From assembly GCA_045541535.1 (NCBI GenBank), contig JAZQJG010000066.1:4136-68135 (forward strand): a DNA stretch of 64,000 nucleotides, in the 5' to 3' direction. The translations under genes and the position numbers were made by a program. Within the stretch, counting starts at the first letter, position 1; each line of letters begins with the position of its first letter. Origin of the DNA: Eubacteriales bacterium (GTDB taxonomy: Bacteria; Bacillota; Clostridia; Oscillospirales; QAKW01). Of this stretch, positions 26,742 to 35,099 are shown one piece after another. The notes beneath the pieces are model-generated. The model saw nothing but the letters and a program-made list of their open reading frames with translations, ran no database searches and was not told where the DNA came from.

Positions 26742-29366
26742 ATGAAGTTTTACAACAACACCCCGGAAGAGATCTTTACGTCTCTGGAATGTAGTGAAAA
26801 CGGTCTTTCCGCCGCCGAGGCCGCTGCCCGGTTGGAGAAAAACGGCCCCAACAAATTGGCCGCCGCCAAGGGAAAGAGTATTTTCCGCCGTTTTCTGGAG
26901 CAGTTGATGGATCCGATGATCATCATTCTGCTCTTTGCCGCCGCCATCAGCGGCGTGATGGCTGTGGTGGAAAACGAGAGCTTTGCCGACGTGATCATCA
27001 TTCTGGCCGTCGTTTTGATCAACGCCGTGTTGGGCGTGTATCAGGAGAGCAAGGCGGAAAAGGCCATTGAAGCCCTGCAGGAAATGAGCGCCGCCACCAG
27101 TAAGGTCATCCGGGACGGCGTGCTCAAGGTCGTTCCCAGCGAAAGTCTGGTAGTGGGCGATATCATTGCTCTGGAGGCCGGCGACGCCGTGCCTGCCGAT
27201 GCCCGCCTGCTGGAAAGCGCTTCGCTGAAGGTGGAGGAGGCCGCCCTGACCGGTGAGTCCGTCCCCGTCGACAAGGTGATCAAGCTGTTGGGTCTGGAGG
27301 GGGAGGACGTCCCTCTGGGCGACCGTAAAAATATGGTTTATATGGGCGGCACCGTGGTGTACGGCCGTGGCAAAGCGGTGGTCACCGCCACCGGTATGGA
27401 TACCGAGATGGGTAAGATTGCCGACGCTCTTACTGCCGCCGAGGAGGGGGATACCCCTCTGCAGAGAAAGCTCCATCAGCTTTCTAAAATTCTGACCTGG
27501 CTGGTACTGGGCATCTGTCTGGTGGTGTTCGGCGTGCAGTTATTGCGTGCCGGCGGCTTTGAATTTGAGGTGGTACTGCACTCCTTTATGGTGGCGGGTT
27601 CTCTGGCCGTTGCCGCCCTTCCCCAGGGTCTGGCCGCCGTGGTTACGGTGGTGCTGTCCATCGGTGTTACCAATATGTCCAAGCGCAACGCCATTATCCG
27701 TAAACTGACGGCGGTGGAAACGCTGGGCTGTGCCCAGATCATCTGCTCCGACAAGACCGGCACCCTCACCCAGAACAAGATGACGGTGGTGGACGCCTTC
27801 GGCTGTGATGAAAAGCTGACCGCCGCCGCTATGGCCCTTTGCTCCGATGCGGAATTGGATCAGGAGGGCGAGGTCACCGGTGAGCCCACCGAGGCCGCTC
27901 TGGTGGTTTGGGCCGACAAGTTAGGGCTCAACAAAAACGCTCTGAAAACTGCCGCTCCCCGTGTGGGCGAGGCTCCCTTTGATTCCGGCAGAAAGATGAT
28001 GTCCACCGTTCATCAGCAGGACGGTAAATTGGTGCAATACACCAAGGGCGGTATGGACGTACTGCTGGCAAAATGCACCTATTATCTCAAGGACGGGCAA
28101 CCCGTACCCATCAACGAGGAATATAAAAACGAGGTGATCTCCGCCGCCGGCGCCATGGCAAACAAGGCCTTGCGCGTGCTGGCCTGCGCCACCCGTACCC
28201 ACGATACCATGCCCGAATGTACACCGGAAAATCTGGAGCAGGAGCTCTGCTTTATCGGTTTGACGGGTATGATCGATCCTGTTCGTCCCGAGGTCAAGGA
28301 CGCCATTACCGAGTGCCGTAACGCCGGCATCCGCGCTATTATGATCACCGGCGACCATATTGACACCGCTCGTGCCATTGCCGCAGAGCTGGGCATCCTC
28401 ACCGAGGGTGTATGCGCTGTCAGCGGCAGTGAGCTGGACAAAATGGACGATGAAACCTTTGAGAAAGAATTTCAGTCCATCGGCGTGTACGCCCGCGTAC
28501 AGCCCGAGCACAAGACCCGTATCGTCACCGCCTGGAAAAAGGCGGGATATATCACCGCTATGACCGGTGACGGCGTTAACGACGCCCCCTCCATCAAGAG
28601 CGCCGACATCGGCGTGGGTATGGGCATCACCGGTACCGACGTTACCAAAAACGTGGCGGATATGGTTCTCACCGACGATAACTTCGCCACCATCGTGGGC
28701 GCCGTAGAGGAAGGCCGCCGAATTTACGACAATATCCGTAAGGCCATTCAGTTCCTGCTGGGCTCCAATATGAGTGAGGTCATTTCTATCTTCGTGGCCA
28801 CCCTCATCGGCTTTACCATTCTGGAGCCGGTGCATCTGTTGTGGATCAATCTGGTCACCGACACCTTCCCCGCCCTGGCTCTGGGTATGGAAAAGGCGGA
28901 GCGGGACGTAATGAAGCGTAAGCCCCGTGATTCCAAGGCCGGCATCTTCGCCGACGGTATGGGTGTGGACGTAGTCTATCAGGGTCTGATGGTTTCCGTG
29001 CTCACTCTGGCCTCTTACTTCATCGGCTGTTATCTGGAGACCGGTGTCTGGGCCTTCGTTCAGGAGCCCCACGGCATTACCATGGCTTTCCTTACCATGT
29101 CCATGGCCGAGGTATTCCATTCCTTCAATATGCGTTCCCAGCGTGGTAGCATCTTTACGATGAAATCCCACAACAAGGTGCTGTGGCTGGCCATGCTTGG
29201 CTCCTTTATCGCCACCACCGCCGTATGTGAGATTCCCTTGCTGGCCGGCGCCTTCGGTCTGACCGCCGTCAACCTCACCGAATACGCCATTGCCATCGTA
29301 CTGGGTATGGCCGTTATTCCCGTGGTGGAACTGGTCAAATTTATTCAGAGAAAATTGGCAAAATAA
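26742..29366 (+). CDS. P-type (PII, Ca2+/Mn2+-type) cation-transporting ATPase
   Basis: DKTGTLT, TGDGVNDAPS and TGES motifs, with N-terminal GLSAAEAAARLEKNGPNKL. The start is the ATG at 26742 after a GGGAGAA RBS; the listed ORF extension overlaps the riboswitch terminator. Confidence 0.9.
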   Translation: MKFYNNTPEEIFTSLECSENGLSAAEAAARLEKNGPNKLAAAKGKSIFRRFLEQLMDPMIIILLFAAAISGVMAVVENESFADVIIILAVVLINAVLGVYQESKAEKAIEALQEMSAATSKVIRDGVLKVVPSESLVVGDIIALEAGDAVPADARLLESASLKVEEAALTGESVPVDKVIKLLGLEGEDVPLGDRKNMVYMGGTVVYGRGKAVVTATGMDTEMGKIADALTAAEEGDTPLQRKLHQLSKILTWLVLGICLVVFGVQLLRAGGFEFEVVLHSFMVAGSLAVAALPQGLAAVVTVVLSIGVTNMSKRNAIIRKLTAVETLGCAQIICSDKTGTLTQNKMTVVDAFGCDEKLTAAAMALCSDAELDQEGEVTGEPTEAALVVWADKLGLNKNALKTAAPRVGEAPFDSGRKMMSTVHQQDGKLVQYTKGGMDVLLAKCTYYLKDGQPVPINEEYKNEVISAAGAMANKALRVLACATRTHDTMPECTPENLEQELCFIGLTGMIDPVRPEVKDAITECRNAGIRAIMITGDHIDTARAIAAELGILTEGVCAVSGSELDKMDDETFEKEFQSIGVYARVQPEHKTRIVTAWKKAGYITAMTGDGVNDAPSIKSADIGVGMGITGTDVTKNVADMVLTDDNFATIVGAVEEGRRIYDNIRKAIQFLLGSNMSEVISIFVATLIGFTILEPVHLLWINLVTDTFPALALGMEKAERDVMKRKPRDSKAGIFADGMGVDVVYQGLMVSVLTLASYFIGCYLETGVWAFVQEPHGITMAFLTMSMAEVFHSFNMRSQRGSIFTMKSHNKVLWLAMLGSFIATTAVCEIPLLAGAFGLTAVNLTEYAIAIVLGMAVIPVVELVKFIQRKLAK

Positions 29367-29480
29367 TTTTTTCGGCACAGCCTGTCGGCTGTGCCGAAAA
29401 TTGCGAAAGGGCAAAAAAAGTTGCGTTTTTCGGTAAAAACGCGGTACAATAATAATGATTTTACACAGGGAGGATAAATT

Positions 29481-29771
29481 ATGGACCCCAATACTCAGCC
29501 CGATTATATTGCGCTCGGGATGGTCATCGTACTGCTGGTGATCGTGGCGGTGCTCTTCGTTCGTAAGTGGCTGTCCAACCGTGCCGCCGCCAAGGCGGAG
29601 TCGGAGACCGCCGTATCAAGTGTCGCCCCTGCCCCCGGTACCGGCGGCAAACTGCGACTGAATAGCGTTGATCCCAAAACGGCGGCAATGCTGATGGCCA
29701 TCGTGGCCGATCAAACCGGCAAACCGCTCAACGAACTTCGTTTTATTTCCATCGAGGAGGTTGATGAATAA
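29481..29771 (+). CDS. OadG/GcdD-like small membrane subunit of a Na+-translocating decarboxylase
   Basis: 96 aa with one TM and the C-terminal PKTAAMLMAIVADQTGKPLNELRFISI motif of the decarboxylase delta/gamma family. Confidence 0.7.
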   Translation: MDPNTQPDYIALGMVIVLLVIVAVLFVRKWLSNRAAAKAESETAVSSVAPAPGTGGKLRLNSVDPKTAAMLMAIVADQTGKPLNELRFISIEEVDE

Positions 29772-30172
29772 TGAAATACAAGATTACACTGGAAGGCCGT
29801 ACATACGTGGTCGAGGTGGAAGAGGGCAAGCCCATGCTGTTGGATGAGTACGAGGCTGTGATGCCCGCCGCCCCCGCTCCCGTTGCCCCGGCCGCCCCCG
29901 CTCCTGCAGCTCCCGCTGCTCCCGCCGCTCCTGCGGCTCCCATCACCGTCACCGGTGCCGGCGAGCCGGTCAACACCCCCTTGCCCGGTACCATCCTGCA
30001 GATCAAGGTCAGTGCCGGACAGGCTGTCAAGAAGGGCGACGTGCTGGTAGTGCTGGAAGCAATGAAAATGGAAAACGAGATCACCGCTCCCAAGGACGGT
30101 ACCGTCACCCAGATCGTGGCCCAGGCCGGCTCCACCGTGGACACCGGCGCCGTTTTGCTGATGCTGGAATAA
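29771..30172 (+). CDS. biotin carboxyl carrier subunit with Ala/Pro linker
   Basis: EAMKMENEI biotinylation motif and an (AP)-rich linker APAPVAPAAPAPAAPAAPAAPAAP. Confidence 0.85.
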   Translation: MKYKITLEGRTYVVEVEEGKPMLLDEYEAVMPAAPAPVAPAAPAPAAPAAPAAPAAPITVTGAGEPVNTPLPGTILQIKVSAGQAVKKGDVLVVLEAMKMENEITAPKDGTVTQIVAQAGSTVDTGAVLLMLE

Positions 30173-30186
30173 GAAGGGAGTAAACT

Positions 30187-31287
30187 ATGGATATTCTTTA
30201 TAAAAACCTGCTGGAATTTCATTGGCAGAACATCGTGATGATCCTCATCGGCTGTCTGCTGGTGTATCTGGCTATTAAAAAGGAAATGGAGCCCTCCTTG
30301 CTTCTGCCTATGGGCTTTGGTACCATTCTGGTCAACATTCCCTTGGCAGACGTAATCACCGAGCACGGCGCCCTGACCACCCTGTACGGTGCCGGTATTG
30401 CCAACGAGCTCTTTCCCTTGCTCCTCTTTATCGGTATCGGTGCGATGATCGACTTTGGCCCCCTGCTCACCAATCCCAAGCTGATGCTCTTCGGCGCCGC
30501 CGCTCAGTTCGGTATCTTTTTCACCCTGTGTACCGCCAGCATCTTCTTCCCTGAGATCAAAGATGCGGCCTCCATTTCCATCATCGGCGCCGCCGACGGT
30601 CCCACCTCCATCGCCGTTGCCAACACCTTAAAATCCCAATACGTGGGCGCCATCACCGTGGCCGCCTACTCCTATATGGCGCTGGTACCCATCATTCAGC
30701 CCCCGGTCATCAAACTGCTCACCACCAAAAAGGAACGCCTGATCCGGATGCCCTACGAGCAAAAATCCGTCAGCAAGCTGACCCGGATCATGTTCCCCAT
30801 CATCATCACCGTAGTGGCCGCCGCCGTCGTGCCCCAGGCCACCTCGCTGATCGGTTTTCTGATGTTCGGTAACCTGATCCGTGAGTGCGGCGTGCTGGAG
30901 TCTCTCTCCGAAACGGCCCAGAAGGTGCTGGCCAACCTGATCACCATTTTCCTTGGTATCTCCGTTGCCTTTAATATGACTGCCGAGCAGTTCTTAAAGC
31001 CCGACACCCTGCTTATTCTGGGTCTGGGTCTGGTGGCCTTTATCGTAGACACTGCCGGTGGTGTGCTCTTTGCCAAACTGCTCAACCTCTTCTCCAAAAA
31101 GAAGATCAATCCTATGATCGGTGCCGCCGGTATCTCCGCTTTCCCCATGTCCGGCCGTATCGTTTCCAAAATGGCCACCGACGAGGATCCCCAGAACTTT
31201 ATTCTGATGCAGGCCATCGGTGTCAACGTTTCGGGTCAGATCGCCTCGGTGATCGCCGGCGGTATCATCTTGAATCTGTTTTCTTGA
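30187..31287 (+). CDS. Na+-translocating decarboxylase beta subunit (OadB/GcdB/MmdB family)
   Basis: 366-aa polytopic protein with family-typical IGAADGPTSI and GAAGISAFPMSGR blocks. Confidence 0.9.
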   Translation: MDILYKNLLEFHWQNIVMILIGCLLVYLAIKKEMEPSLLLPMGFGTILVNIPLADVITEHGALTTLYGAGIANELFPLLLFIGIGAMIDFGPLLTNPKLMLFGAAAQFGIFFTLCTASIFFPEIKDAASISIIGAADGPTSIAVANTLKSQYVGAITVAAYSYMALVPIIQPPVIKLLTTKKERLIRMPYEQKSVSKLTRIMFPIIITVVAAAVVPQATSLIGFLMFGNLIRECGVLESLSETAQKVLANLITIFLGISVAFNMTAEQFLKPDTLLILGLGLVAFIVDTAGGVLFAKLLNLFSKKKINPMIGAAGISAFPMSGRIVSKMATDEDPQNFILMQAIGVNVSGQIASVIAGGIILNLFS

Positions 31288-31305
31288 TAGGGAGGAGTAC
31301 AAACG

Positions 31306-31476
31306 ATGAATATTGCTTTGTTATCTGCGGCCCCCAGAATCTTTTTTGAGCCGCTGAATTTTGTGAAAAATCTGCAGTATATGGGTGTGGGTATGCTGGT
31401 CATCTTTGCGGTCATCGGTGTGATCATCCTGACCACGATGCTGGTAAACTACCTTTTCTCCACCCCCAAAAAATGA
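31306..31476 (+). CDS. 56-aa single-TM peptide, possible extra small decarboxylase subunit (not in the supplied ORF track)
   Basis: The ATG at 31306 follows a GGAGGAG RBS. Translation: MNIALLSAAPRIFFEPLNFVKNLQYMGVGMLVIFAVIGVIILTTMLVNYLFSTPKK. Confidence 0.5.
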   Translation: MNIALLSAAPRIFFEPLNFVKNLQYMGVGMLVIFAVIGVIILTTMLVNYLFSTPKK

Positions 31477-31487
31477 AAACTAAAAAA

Positions 31488-31519
31488 CTGCGGCGCAGGG
31501 ATACTTCCCTGCGCCGCAG
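31488..31519. terminator. 14-bp-stem hairpin (minus-strand terminator of the repeat copy)
   Basis: Stem ctgcggcgcaggga-tact-tccctgcgccgcag. On the minus strand it is followed by ttttttagtttt. Confidence 0.6.
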
Positions 31520-31523
31520 TTCG

Positions 31524-31786
31524 TCGTGTCAAAGAATCCTCTTTGACACGACGGAAGACTGTCAAAAAGGAAGTTGCATTTCGCCGATGCGATCTCGTCG
31601 GCGTACGTTGGTACGGTAGAGAGCGTAGCGGCGGAAAACAGTGAATCCCTTGCAACGCAAGGGAAGGAATGGATCACTTAGGCGAATTTCAATTACTTAA
31701 AATGGCTTGTACCTATTATGTTTGCACAAACCGTTTTTTCTTTACATTCTATTTTCACTGTGGTGAAACGACTTTTTGCCAGTCTT
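31524..31786 (-). repeat. intergenic repeat family 1, full copy (inverted relative to 13971-14231)
   Basis: The reverse complement aligns with 13971-14231 with scattered substitutions and small indels. Confidence 0.85.
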
Positions 31787-31794
31787 AACAAAAA

Positions 31795-31835
31795 CTGCGG
31801 CGCAGGGAAGCCTCCCTGCGCCGCAGTTTTGTTTT
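31795..31835 (+). terminator. second copy of the same 14-bp-stem hairpin, with a T-tract
   Basis: Stem ctgcggcgcaggga-agcc-tccctgcgccgcag followed by ttttgtttt. Confidence 0.65.
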
Positions 31836-31893
31836 CGGCGGGTGGCGCCCGTTTGATTTAACAAGCCCTCACGGGGCGGTTTTGAAATTGAGG

Positions 31894-31922
31894 TTGTATT
31901 TTTGCAAGGTTTGGTATATAAT
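31894..31922 (+). promoter_or_regulatory. possible rnj promoter (TTGTAT-17-TATAAT)
   Basis: Hexamers read from the sequence. It would give a ~190-nt structured 5' UTR. Confidence 0.4.
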
Positions 31923-32114
31923 ATATAGTGATTTCGTGTTCGGACGGTAAAAAGGGTCCCACTCACCCCTTTTTGCCACAATTACAAATCCGCAGGGGTA
32001 CGGACCTAAATATCCCTGCTGCATCAACGGGGAAGGGGCACCTTTCCTGCTTTTTGCGTTGCAAAAAAAGCCCGTTTTCGGGCTGGTACATACTATATTG
32101 AATTGGAGAAAACT

Positions 32115-33983
32115 ATGCAAGAAAAAATCAAAAAAGCGCTCCCCACCGAACAAAAGGGAAGCAAGAAAACCGGTCGCAAGCCTGCGGCCAAAAAAACGGC
32201 GACCAAAAAGAGCGTGGCTAAAAAGCCTGCGGCCGGGAAAACGGCCCCCAAGGCAAAAAAGCCGACCGCTAAAAAAACGGTCGCTAAAAAGCCGACCACC
32301 AAGAAAAAGGCGCCCCGCACGGCGTTGCCCGCCGGCAAGCTGCGGGTGATCCCGCTGGGCGGTCTGGACGAGATCGGTAAGAATATGACCCTCATTGAGT
32401 ATGAAAACGATATGATTCTCATTGACAGCGGTATGGCCTTTCCCGACGAGGATATGCCCGGTATCGATCTGGTCATCCCCGACTTTTCCTATCTTATTAA
32501 AAATCGGGATAAACTGCGGGGTGTCTTTATCACCCACGGTCACGAGGACCATATCGGCTCCTTGCCCTATCTTTTGCGGGAGATCAACGTGCCCGTCTAC
32601 GGCACCCGTCTGACGCTGGGTCTGGTGCGGCGCAAGCTGGCCGAGCATCGGCTGGATAAGCAGGCCATTCTCATTGAAAAGCAATACGACGACGTGGTGA
32701 AAAGCGGTTGTTTTGCCGTGGAATTTATCAAGGTCAATCACTCCATTGCCGACGCCTGCGCCTTTGCGGTGCACACTCCGTTGGGTACGGTGATCCACAC
32801 CGGCGACTTTAAGATCGACACCACCCCCATTCGGGGCAAGATGATCGATCTGGCCCGTTTCGGCGAGCTGGGGCGGGACGGTGTGTTGCTTATGATGAGT
32901 GACTCCACCAACGCCGAGCGCCCCGGCTATGCCATGAGCGAAAAGGCGGTGGGCAAGAGCTTTGAAAACATCTTTAACAACGCCGGAGATAAGCGTATCA
33001 TCGTCGCTACCTTCTCCTCCAACATTCACCGTGTACAGCAGATCATCAATGCGGCGGTGGCCCACGGACGGAAGGTGGCCCTCAGCGGCCGCAGTATGGA
33101 AAGCGTGCTGCAGGTGGCCAGAGAATTGGGACATATGAACATCCCCGAGGGTACGCTGATCCCCTTGGCCGAGATCTCCCGTTATCCCGATCGCAAGGTG
33201 GTGCTCATCACCACCGGCTCCCAGGGCGAGCCGATGAGCGCCCTGTATCGGATGGCCTTCAGCGATCATAAGAGCGTGGAGATCACCGGTAACGACCTGA
33301 TCATCATTTCCGCCCGTCCCATTCCCGGCAATGAAAAGCTGGTCAACAACGTGGTCAACGAGCTGGAAAAGTTGGGGGCCGAGGTGGTGCAGGACGGCAC
33401 CATTCACGTTTCCGGTCACGCCTGTCAGGAGGAGCTGAAGATTATGCTCTCCCTGATCAAGCCGATGTATTTTATGCCGGTGCACGGTGAGTTTAAGCAT
33501 TTGTTGCAACACGCCGGTCTTGCCAAGGAAACGGGGGTCAGCCCCGAAAACGTCTTCCTCTCGGAAAACGGCAAGGTGCTGGAGATCACCGCCGCCAAAG
33601 CGGGCTTTAACGGCACGGTGCCCTGCGGCAAGACCTTTGTGGACGGCATCGGCGTGGGTGACGTGGGCAACATCGTGCTCCGTGACCGCAAGCATCTGGC
33701 GGAGGACGGCATCATCATCGTGGTGGCTACCATTGATCCTGCCACCGGTATTTTGGTGTCGGGTCCCGACGTGATCTCCCGCGGCTTCGTATACGTCAAG
33801 GACAACGAGGCGTTGATGGAGGAGGCCCGTAAGGTGGTGCTGGCGCGAATGCAACGTACCCTGTCCCGTGGGATGCGGGATTGGGGCACCCTGAAAAACG
33901 ATATGCGGGAGGAACTCCAGCACTTTATCACCGCCAAAACCAAGCGCCGCCCCATGATCCTGCCTATTTTAATGGACATTTGA
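32115..33983 (+). CDS. rnj: ribonuclease J with Lys/Ala/Pro-rich N-terminal extension
   Basis: Metallo-beta-lactamase HGHEDHIG motif and beta-CASP region. The ATG at 32115 follows a GGAG RBS. About 75 aa of AKK/PAAKK repeats precede LRVIPLGGLDEIGKN. Confidence 0.9.
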   Translation: MQEKIKKALPTEQKGSKKTGRKPAAKKTATKKSVAKKPAAGKTAPKAKKPTAKKTVAKKPTTKKKAPRTALPAGKLRVIPLGGLDEIGKNMTLIEYENDMILIDSGMAFPDEDMPGIDLVIPDFSYLIKNRDKLRGVFITHGHEDHIGSLPYLLREINVPVYGTRLTLGLVRRKLAEHRLDKQAILIEKQYDDVVKSGCFAVEFIKVNHSIADACAFAVHTPLGTVIHTGDFKIDTTPIRGKMIDLARFGELGRDGVLLMMSDSTNAERPGYAMSEKAVGKSFENIFNNAGDKRIIVATFSSNIHRVQQIINAAVAHGRKVALSGRSMESVLQVARELGHMNIPEGTLIPLAEISRYPDRKVVLITTGSQGEPMSALYRMAFSDHKSVEITGNDLIIISARPIPGNEKLVNNVVNELEKLGAEVVQDGTIHVSGHACQEELKIMLSLIKPMYFMPVHGEFKHLLQHAGLAKETGVSPENVFLSENGKVLEITAAKAGFNGTVPCGKTFVDGIGVGDVGNIVLRDRKHLAEDGIIIVVATIDPATGILVSGPDVISRGFVYVKDNEALMEEARKVVLARMQRTLSRGMRDWGTLKNDMREELQHFITAKTKRRPMILPILMDI

Positions 33984-34009
33984 CAAATCGGTAAAAGAAT
34001 AATATAATT
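33981..34009 (+). promoter_or_regulatory. consensus sigma-A promoter TTGACA-17-TATAAT (overlaps the rnj stop)
   Basis: Perfect hexamers with a 17-nt spacer, upstream of the yybS-gdpP-rplI-dnaB cluster. Confidence 0.65.
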
Positions 34010-34100
34010 ATATATTACCACTTTGTGGTATATTGTTATAGCGGGGCGGGGACGCCATTGTTTCCGCAAAACCCGCCTGATCATCCGAGGATAGAGGCTT

Positions 34101-35099
34101 ATGGAGCAAAAGAAACCGAAAACAATTTTATACGTTTTACTCACCACCTTGGGTGGCGGGGCGTTGCTCATTGGGGGCAACTATCTGCCGCTGTTGTGGT
34201 TTTTCGGGTTGCTGTTGGCGCCGGTCAGTCTGGCAGTCTTTCGCAGTTTTCCCCGGGCGCGGGCGCTGTTGTTCGGGCTGGGGCTGGGCGTGATGTGTCT
34301 GGTGGGAGCCCCCACCGTGGGCATCGGGCTTTTGCTCTTCGTTTTGTGGTACGGCGCCGCCATTCTTTCCGATCAGATGACCCGCTCCTCTCCCGAATTG
34401 TTTCCCGCCCTCTTTTACGGCGGCACCCTCCAGGGCTTTGCCTTTTGCGGAGCGGTGTGCGTGTGCATCAAGGAGCACTACGGCGTGTGGGATATCCGTG
34501 GAATATTCACGGCTATGGAGCGCGCCGTGGGGCAGGCCATTGATCTGGTGGAAAAGACCTATGCCACCCTGCTGACAGAGGAAAGTATGGCGCAGATGAG
34601 CGCCCAGTTGGATCTGTTGCGGCAGGGAATCGAGAGCTTTGTATATCTGTGTATTTGTATGGTGCTGAGCGCCGTATTACTGCACTTTTTCCTCACCCTT
34701 AAGACCGGCGTCCGTCTGTGTGAGCGGGTGGGCATTCCCTATCCCGTGTTGCCCCTGCGTCTGCTGGTGGTACCGCCGGAGATCACCACCGCTTATCTGC
34801 TGGTTACCTTTATCAGCATCTTCTTTATGAACAGCGATTATTTCTACGCTCTGCTCATTGCCAACGTTTTGATGGGATATCTCTTCGTGTTGGTGGGCAT
34901 CGGCTGGGTGGACAGCAAAATGCAAAAACTGCCCGTGGCCCTGCGGAATCTGATCAAGCTGGCGTTGCTTGGCGCCGCCTTTTTCAGAGAAAATCTCTTT
35001 TACGGAATCGCCTATCAGCTTTTGCAGCTGCCGGGTATTTTTATCAGCCTGTCCAGACGGGTGATCGTCCGTCGGACCGAAGGAGACGACAATGAATAA
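34101..35099 (+). CDS. YybS-like (DUF2232) membrane protein
   Basis: 332-aa polytopic protein in the conserved position directly upstream of gdpP (8-nt overlap). Confidence 0.75.
   Translation: MEQKKPKTILYVLLTTLGGGALLIGGNYLPLLWFFGLLLAPVSLAVFRSFPRARALLFGLGLGVMCLVGAPTVGIGLLLFVLWYGAAILSDQMTRSSPELFPALFYGGTLQGFAFCGAVCVCIKEHYGVWDIRGIFTAMERAVGQAIDLVEKTYATLLTEESMAQMSAQLDLLRQGIESFVYLCICMVLSAVLLHFFLTLKTGVRLCERVGIPYPVLPLRLLVVPPEITTAYLLVTFISIFFMNSDYFYALLIANVLMGYLFVLVGIGWVDSKMQKLPVALRNLIKLALLGAAFFRENLFYGIAYQLLQLPGIFISLSRRVIVRRTEGDDNE

Noticed and set aside
29373-29396. Hairpin cggcacagcc-tgtc-ggctgtgccg after the ATPase gene as an intrinsic terminator.
   Set aside because: On both strands the stem is preceded by T's and followed by A's, so there is no 3' U-tract. 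It may still stabilise the mRNA or terminate weakly, but it is not a canonical terminator call.
29870-29945. GC-rich quasi-repetitive DNA (gcccccgctcc.. units) that might be taken for a repeat element.
   Set aside because: It encodes the Ala/Pro-rich flexible linker of the biotin carrier subunit, which is a normal feature of these proteins.
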